Source of the DNA: Bilabrum cf. latius
Taxonomy: Eukaryota
Length of the DNA stretch: 64,000 nucleotides
Assembly: GCA_965178125.1 (NCBI GenBank)
Contig: OZ237735.1
Span: forward strand, 2,542,001-2,606,000
Direction: 5' to 3'
Made by a program: the position numbers and the translations under genes. Under the pieces are notes generated by a model. That model ran no database searches, was not told where the DNA came from, and saw only the letters and a list, made by a program, of their open reading frames with translations. Within the stretch, counting starts at the first letter, position 1. Every line of letters starts with the position of its first letter. Positions 57,644 through 64,000 of this stretch are shown here, piece after piece.

Positions 57644-58710
57644 TCACGTATGACCAGACTCATCCAACGAAATGCTAGCGCTCACTGCCGCCCCTCCATC
57701 TGCCTCGTCTTCGACAGCCCCGCGGCTTCCACCCTCGCCCTCGCCCGCCCAGCTTTCCTCCTCTTTCGCCATCGAACGCAGCACCTCCCTTGACCCCAGG
57801 TCAGCGGCGCGGATGGGCTCGGGCATGCGGTGCTTGCAGCAGCGGCGGACCAGCTCCGTAGCAGTGTGGAGAGACACCCTGTGCCCTACTGAAACGAAGA
57901 TCGGGCGTTTACTCCCGCTCTTGCCGGACAGGAGGGCCGCGCACAAGGGTTGCTCGTCCACCGCAGACCGCACCACTAGGCAGTCTTTGGAGACGTCGCT
58001 TGGCTCCTTAGGGACCGGCTCGCCTTCCTTAGCAGAGCTAGGGCCATCTTCTTTTGCTTCACCTGCAGCCGCGGCACACGCAGGTTGTTCGCTCCCGAGC
58101 AAGTGCTTGCTAATCGCGCATGCGACCCCGTCCTTGGTGATGCCATCGACATGCAAGAAACTCTTTCCCACACCGATAGTCCGGACGCCAGCTACCACCC
58201 CAAAGTGGCATGCCAATCCACAACGGCGTGGATGCAATGCACCATTCCCATCAACAAGCCACACGTCTGGTTCTGGCAGCTTCTTTTCCCGCCGAAGCCG
58301 ATCCAGCAGTGACTGTAGCGGTGGCTGCTCCCTGAAAGCCAAGAATCCGGAGATATAGGGCTCTTCCATGCGTATTGTCTGCATTACGGATCCAACAAGT
58401 TCCAGGGAGGGGAAATTCAGCACAGAAAGGCACGCCAATGCGTCGTCCGAGCCCTTCACAAACGAAATGTCAGTTCCGCCGACAAATTTGACGCTGTCAA
58501 TGTCAAAATCTGGGTCATTCGAATACTGAATTCTTTCTCGAATCGTATCCTGGGTTCTGCGGGCGTGTGTGTGGGTTCGGAAGCAAATCATGGAGCTTAA
58601 ATCGGGCAGGCGACACCTGTGTCCAATTGTCAGCCTTCTAACGCCTTCCATTCCGTCTGAACTTTATCGCTAACTTCTTTGTCGGCTACAAGACCTCCAG
58701 AAGCAGCCAT
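57644..58710 (-). CDS. ENDOV: Endonuclease V (inosine-specific nuclease)
   Basis: Exon 1 from ATG 58710 (…VQTEWK), intron ~58557-58642. Motifs VGGTDISF, PYISGFLAFRE, LVDGNGALHPRRCGLACHFG, TIGVGK, PIFVSVGHRVSL, RMPEPIRAAD; TGA stop. Confidence 0.95.
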
Positions 58711-58860
58711 TTCGGCCCTAGCCTAGTAAATTCGATCAACAGTGCCGTTCTTGGCACGACTTGGCACGGCGAGGGCGTGACGATAGCGGCCGAATCCGAT
58801 GATAAATCCCGCGAACATTCTAGGCATGGTGCCCACCATACCATTTTTGTTAAAATCTGA

Positions 58861-61800
58861 ATGATGGCAGGGCCAGTTGACGTCGAGCCGCTACAAGGTG
58901 TTGGCGATGTCCCCGATTCGTTCCCATTGGTGCCACCAGATCGAATCCGCGTGCTCGATACTCCCTTATTAGAGGCGTCCCTTCTATAGCTTCGCCCCAT
59001 GATAACTGGTCTGAGTGCGACATTGACAATCGATGACAACGTGAGCCCTCATCGTTACCCTTGCGCTAAATCCTTGACTACATCGATCATTTGAATGCAA
59101 TGTCATCCATAGCTATGACCTCACAGCCAGGACAGGACGTATCCCACCGTAAATCAGCAGGAGTGTTTGATCCCAGCGCTGATGAAGATGAGGGTGGCAA
59201 GATGGAAGACGAGGAGGCTCCGGACCTAGGCGCTCTGTTGCAGTACGCCAAACGGCAGCTGGAACTGGTGCGCGCCGAACTTGATCGAAGGAATGACCTC
59301 AGGAGACAAGATGCTGCACAGTCGAGAGTAGAAGCTCTACTGCGGCGAGTGGAAAGTGGAAGCAGGCCTTGGGCTGCAAAGGGCGAGGACAGAGACGAAT
59401 CGGATTCGACAAGCACCGCAGGCAGCCCGGCATCGGACGACGACCGGTCATCAGGGCCACCAGATGAAGCCGCACGTGCAGACGACCCGAAATTGCAGCC
59501 AGATTGGTTACGATCTGACGGCAGCGCAGCCGACTCGCATGGCTGCGGTGGCCCAGTGTCTCCCGTTGGGCAGCTGCTCCCCAGGGCGGGAGGAGGGTCT
59601 GGGCCCGTGCGAGGACCACCTCCTGCCCTGAGTGCCGGTGGCAAAGGTGAGCGTGTGCGAGCCCGTGCCTCTTCTTCAGGCCGGGCTGGGTCTAAGAGGC
59701 GGCGGTCGGGCACCACTGCTGGCTCCGGCGGGGGTGCGGATGACGGGCTCATGGGCGGCGGCGTGGCCGTGGTGATGGCTCCGCAGTCTGCTGGCACCTG
59801 GGGAGGTGCTGGCGCCGGGGCAGCGGGTGCTGGGTCTGACCTCGGGCTTGTGGATCCGATTCTGGAGACGATGGAGCGGTCCCTGCAGCAAGCGAAGGCG
59901 GGTCGGAAAGCGAGAGCGAGAGCTGGCACTAGCGCCGGAGCTATGGCCGCCGCTGCCGCTGGCAACGGCAAGGCTAAGGGCAAGGGCAAGAAGGGAGCCG
60001 GGGGCAGTACTGCTGCGAGGAGATCAAAGGCAAGAGGTAGTCGCGGCGGGAGCCGGGGAAACAGCTCAACCTCTGGAGTGAGTGACGCAGACGCTGACGA
60101 GAGCAGCAGGCCGGGTCGGAAGCAAGGCACCTCGAGGCTGGGCAAGCTCATACGATCCAAGAAGAAACGGGAGACGGGCTTCGATGGCGGTGTCGTGCTC
60201 GAGTCAGGCGGGGCCATTCGGGTGCGCAACTGGGGCGATGCGGCAGCCAAGCGGCGCAAGGCCCGCAAAGCCAAGGAGAAGGAGGAAGCTGCGAGGCGGG
60301 CCAAACTGGAAAGGAAATCCTCCAGACCAGGCGACAGGGAGAGGCCGTGGAGGACGGCGCAGTCGAAGGGGGCCGCAGTGGCATCGAAACGAAAGACACC
60401 GAAGGGCAGGAGCGGGTCTTAGACCGATGCAAAGCGCAGAGATAGCAAGGTACAGGACCAAGGGGGCTTACCCGCTAAAGGGTTTAGGCCGGGTTGCCAG
60501 TAGTCCGGAGCAGACGAGGGCGAGGTGGATGCACCGACAGGGATGGAGACTAAGCCCAGGCCTGCGTCACGAGCCGCCTCCAAGTCAGTCGAGCATGCCA
60601 CACCGCCAAGACCAGCGCGTGCAGACCAAGCAACCTAGGAGAACCGCTCGCAGATAGAAGAGGCACAAAAGCGTGGCGCTGGCCAGAGCCCGACTACCGA
60701 GCCGTCACGCCCCGCGCTGGACACAAGTCATGGACCTACTGCAGCTAATGTAGCCGGCGGATCGAGCCGAAAGGTCGACTCCCCTGCATTGATGGAAGCC
60801 ATGCCGCCGATTGATGCTGCGCAGCAGTCGTAGGAAGGCAGCAGTGCAAAGGATTCGCAAGCATCACGGGGCAGTATGGCTCAGTCTCTCGACAAGGCTA
60901 GAGGAGCTAGAGAGGTTGCGAGGAGCGCATCCTAGGAGAGTACAGAGCGTGATCGAGGCACCGGGCCTGCCGCAGGTGACACGCTCACTTTGACGCTGCC
61001 CGATGGAAACACAACCATTCGTCCTCCCTTGCCCCCAGTCGGCGGGTCTTCCTCTGCGCCTCCATCTGCTTGCCATCCGACGGCTACTTCATCACCACGG
61101 CGAGAATAGCAACAAGTGGCTGCGGGCCCTGCAGCTAGTCTAGATTACTCAACGACTGGTACCATCAACACTGCTACAGATGCACCACTAGACGCAGCAC
61201 ATCTACCATCGAGTGAGGCGGCTTAGAGCGGCGCATAGTTAACGCAGCCCGCAGAAAACAACGCAGGCGTGCCTTATGCACGCGTATAGAATGAGATCGG
61301 CGTATCTAGACCGTCTGTCGGCGTGTCAAGCCTGGGTCAAACTACAGAAGACTGTGGTGCCGAAGAAAGCGCAGTCTCTACGGTGGTAGTGCAGGCTGGT
61401 GATGCCGCTGCCAGAAACACGGGCAGCACGACGTGCATCACCGCGAATTCTGCTATCGAGTCGCAGCAAAGATCCATTGAGGCATAGTAGCCGAAGACCA
61501 ACTCATGTGCCGCGGCTGGCCAATCAGAGCCCCTTGTTGGCACCACCCGCCAGCAAATGCCTGCCGGTGGTGGCTCCAGTTCTCCGGGCTCCCCCGGACT
61601 AGCCAGCGACCAAGAGAGGCAGGCAGTCACAGGCTTTAAAGGAAAATCGATGCCAGCGGCAGGCAACGTGCCTGTCACGCGTCCCATGTCACGAGGTGCA
61701 GATCAAGCAAGTCCGGTCAGTTCTGCGGATGAGAGCGGTCCCCCAGTGCAGCCTGCCTTGCCTAACTTACCAGTCGATGCAGTTGGCTCGATTGATGGCA

Positions 61801-64000
61801 CTTCTATCGGTCAAGAGGAGCAAGGGGCCAAAGTCGCTTGTATTTCATCATCATCATCATCATCGGTGCCAGTAGTTAGCAGCCCTCGGTCGCCCCGCGT
61901 CGATGTGTAGGCTGGCAGAATCATCCCTAGCAGCAGCACGGATGCATCCCGAGCGGCTGCGCACGAGAGCACCCAGCCAACCATCAGCTCTTCGGCCCCG
62001 GTCGAGGTGGAAGGCAGAGCATCGAGGGGGCTTGCCTTGGTGGCCTCTTTGGGAACGATGGAGCCCGACACCGGCGAACTCGTGCAGAGTGACATTGGTG
62101 ATCGAGATAGTACCATCTGCGGAGACGGCACCCAGGGAAAATTGTCGCGTGAAGACAGAACGAAGGAGCAGGAGCATGTTGGATCTTTGGTGGGGGTGCA
62201 GCCAGATCCCAGGCGTAGTGACGGGGCCTCCGCGGCAAGGCAGCGGTCACCACCACCACCAAGTGAAGAGCAGCTTCGAGTCCGTGCGATGGACCCCGCG
62301 CCCATGTATCCCCACCCAATCGGTCCACAGGTCCCTTCATATTCTGGTATTTATCCGGAATTCTCTGCCATCTTCACCGGGTGCATGGAGGGGCTGTCAG
62401 CGATCGGGCAAGCGGTGCGTGGCGGCCACAGTGGCCAGAAACGAGGCAAGCGCATCAGGGCGCAGAGGGCAGACGCGGTCCAAGCAGCAACGTGCTTCTT
62501 GAGCATACTCCAGGCAGTCAAGGCTCACGATGTGGAGGCTGCCCCTTTCCAGGCGCCTCGCGGCAGCCTTCAGGGCCGCCTCACTCGAGAGGCCTACGTG
62601 TCGCTCATTGCGCCGGTGCAAGCGGGCACAGGTGAGAGCGACAGCGGCAACGCGGGAGGCTCCGCGGACACCACCGACTCAGACGACGCGGACGAATGCC
62701 CGCCCTCGCCCTCGCCTTCTACTCGTGGATCCAGCGATCACGAGGTCGACTCTGTACCCGGGGCCGATGACATCTGGTGGTCAAAGGCGGGCCAGAGGCT
62801 GACCGCGCCGGATAGCGGACATGTACTCAGCCGAGGAGACGCAGAAATCTCCGCTGGGATTGCGGCGCTGCGCCGGAGGGCAGGCAAACCGGAGGCAAAG
62901 CCGGCTCATGCTGCCACTGGGATGATGGCATCGCACGCAAAGCACCCCCCAAAACAGCCCGCTGTTTTGCCGCCGAGTGCAGCTTCCCACAAGGCGGGGC
63001 GCGGTAGATCCTCACGGGACATTATTAGAGCACAAGGAGACTTGCGCTCATCCCTGGCAAAACTGAGAGCCCTGTACACACTCGCCACGGACGATGAGGC
63101 ACTGCAAGGCAGGCCAGCCAGTGCCCCCAGCCAGAGTGCCGGCAACGAAGGCTCTGGATTCGCCCTGCCTGATCCACCGAAAGCTTCGTCTCTCGAGCAC
63201 TTTACTCGCGTCTTTCGGGTCATCCGGAATCGAAATGAGGTGTATTCCTTGGTCTGCAACGCGTTGGCGACGTGGGAGCGCCCGCCGAGCAAGCGCCGGG
63301 TGCAGCTCCAGGAGGATGCGGCGGCCGAGGGCAATCAGTCCTCCATGTGGCCCACTCTCACCGGGGGTGGCCTCTGGAGGGAAATGCACTGGGCGCTTGA
63401 CGTCACTCCCGGCTGGCACCTCCTGTGGTCCTGGGGAAAGCCGCCGGTGCAGCGATCCAAGCTGGTGGTCTGGCAGAAGGTGAACCACTTCAAGCACGCC
63501 AGAGAGCTCTGCAGGAAGGATCTACTCAAGAAGAACCTGGGCAGGTATCAGTGCCTGGGTGGGCGCATGGCCAGGGCATTCACCATCATGCCGCCTACCT
63601 TCGTGCTGCCCAAGGAGTACCTCGCGTTCGCTGAGGCGTTCGGGAAAGAGACCTACGGGGCCATGTCGGGCGACTCGGTGGCGGCCTATGCTACGACCAA
63701 TCAGAGCACGGCTCGCACAGTGGCTGCAGCGGCGGCAGCTGCGCTCTCCGCCGGAAAGGGCGTAGCACGAGTGGGTGCTGCTTCGGCAGCCGGGGCGCAG
63801 GCATAGGGTGGAGCAGGACCTAATTGGTGGATCCTCAAGCCCGTGGGCATGTCGAGAGGGCGAGGGATTGAGCTGGTCACCAGCATCGAGGACGTGCGAT
63901 ACGGCCAGGACTGCGTGCTGCAGCGGTACATCCGGAACCCTTGCTTGCTGGATGGATACAAATTCGACCTTCGGCTCTACGTGCTGGTGACGTCTTTCTC
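58861..64000 (+). CDS. Tubulin-tyrosine ligase-like (TTLL) polyglutamylase with a very long disordered N-terminus; 3' end runs off the window
   Basis: Exon 1 58861-59040, intron 59041-59126, then one frame with about 13 TAGs. Motifs QKVNHF, ELCRKDLLKKNL, MPPTFVLP and, after TAG 63804, WILKPVGMSRGRGI, QRYIRNP, KFDLRLYVLVTSF. Confidence 0.9.

Noticed and set aside
1-64000. Interpreting the TAG-broken genes as pseudogenes or sequencing errors
   Set aside because: The interruptions are exclusively TAG, with no frameshifts and no internal TGA; they affect essential genes with intact catalytic motifs and fall on Gln positions.
1-64000. TAG as pyrrolysine, Leu, Glu, Tyr or Trp (via A-to-I editing)
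   Set aside because: The informative positions (Rpn5 motifs, ricin QxW, poly-Q run) all indicate Gln; no pyl genes are present in the window.

Overview
Gene-dense, GC-rich eukaryotic nuclear DNA with short spliceosomal introns (mostly GTGAG/GTAAG...CGCAG) and intergenic gaps of about 80-270 bp; the style suggests a heterotrophic protist, possibly a bicosoecid-like stramenopile (inference only). The main result is a non-standard nuclear genetic code in which TAG is a sense codon, almost certainly Gln. The fragmented ORF track joins into about 17 intact genes once TAG is read through (over 100 in-frame TAGs by manual count). TAG sits at conserved Gln positions (Rpn5 KKRG-TAG-LKQ, a ricin-B QxW motif, a poly-Gln run). 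Of 15 visible gene ends, 13 are TGA, 2 are TAA and none is TAG. Recoding reveals a TRIP4/ASC-1 protein fused to an AlkB-type dioxygenase domain, and a roughly 4,200-aa polycystin-1-like receptor (REJ-like region, GAIN/GPS, TM helices) with three recently triplicated FG-GAP propeller modules. Other genes: GH31 glycosidase with a ricin-B insert, a giant RanBP9/10-like protein, cysteine dioxygenase, CDPK, LYR protein, RED/IK, Rpn5, SURF6, a bZIP-like protein, endonuclease V, a TTLL, several hypothetical proteins, and a solitary 5S rRNA gene. All family assignments come from motif recognition by eye, not from database searches.
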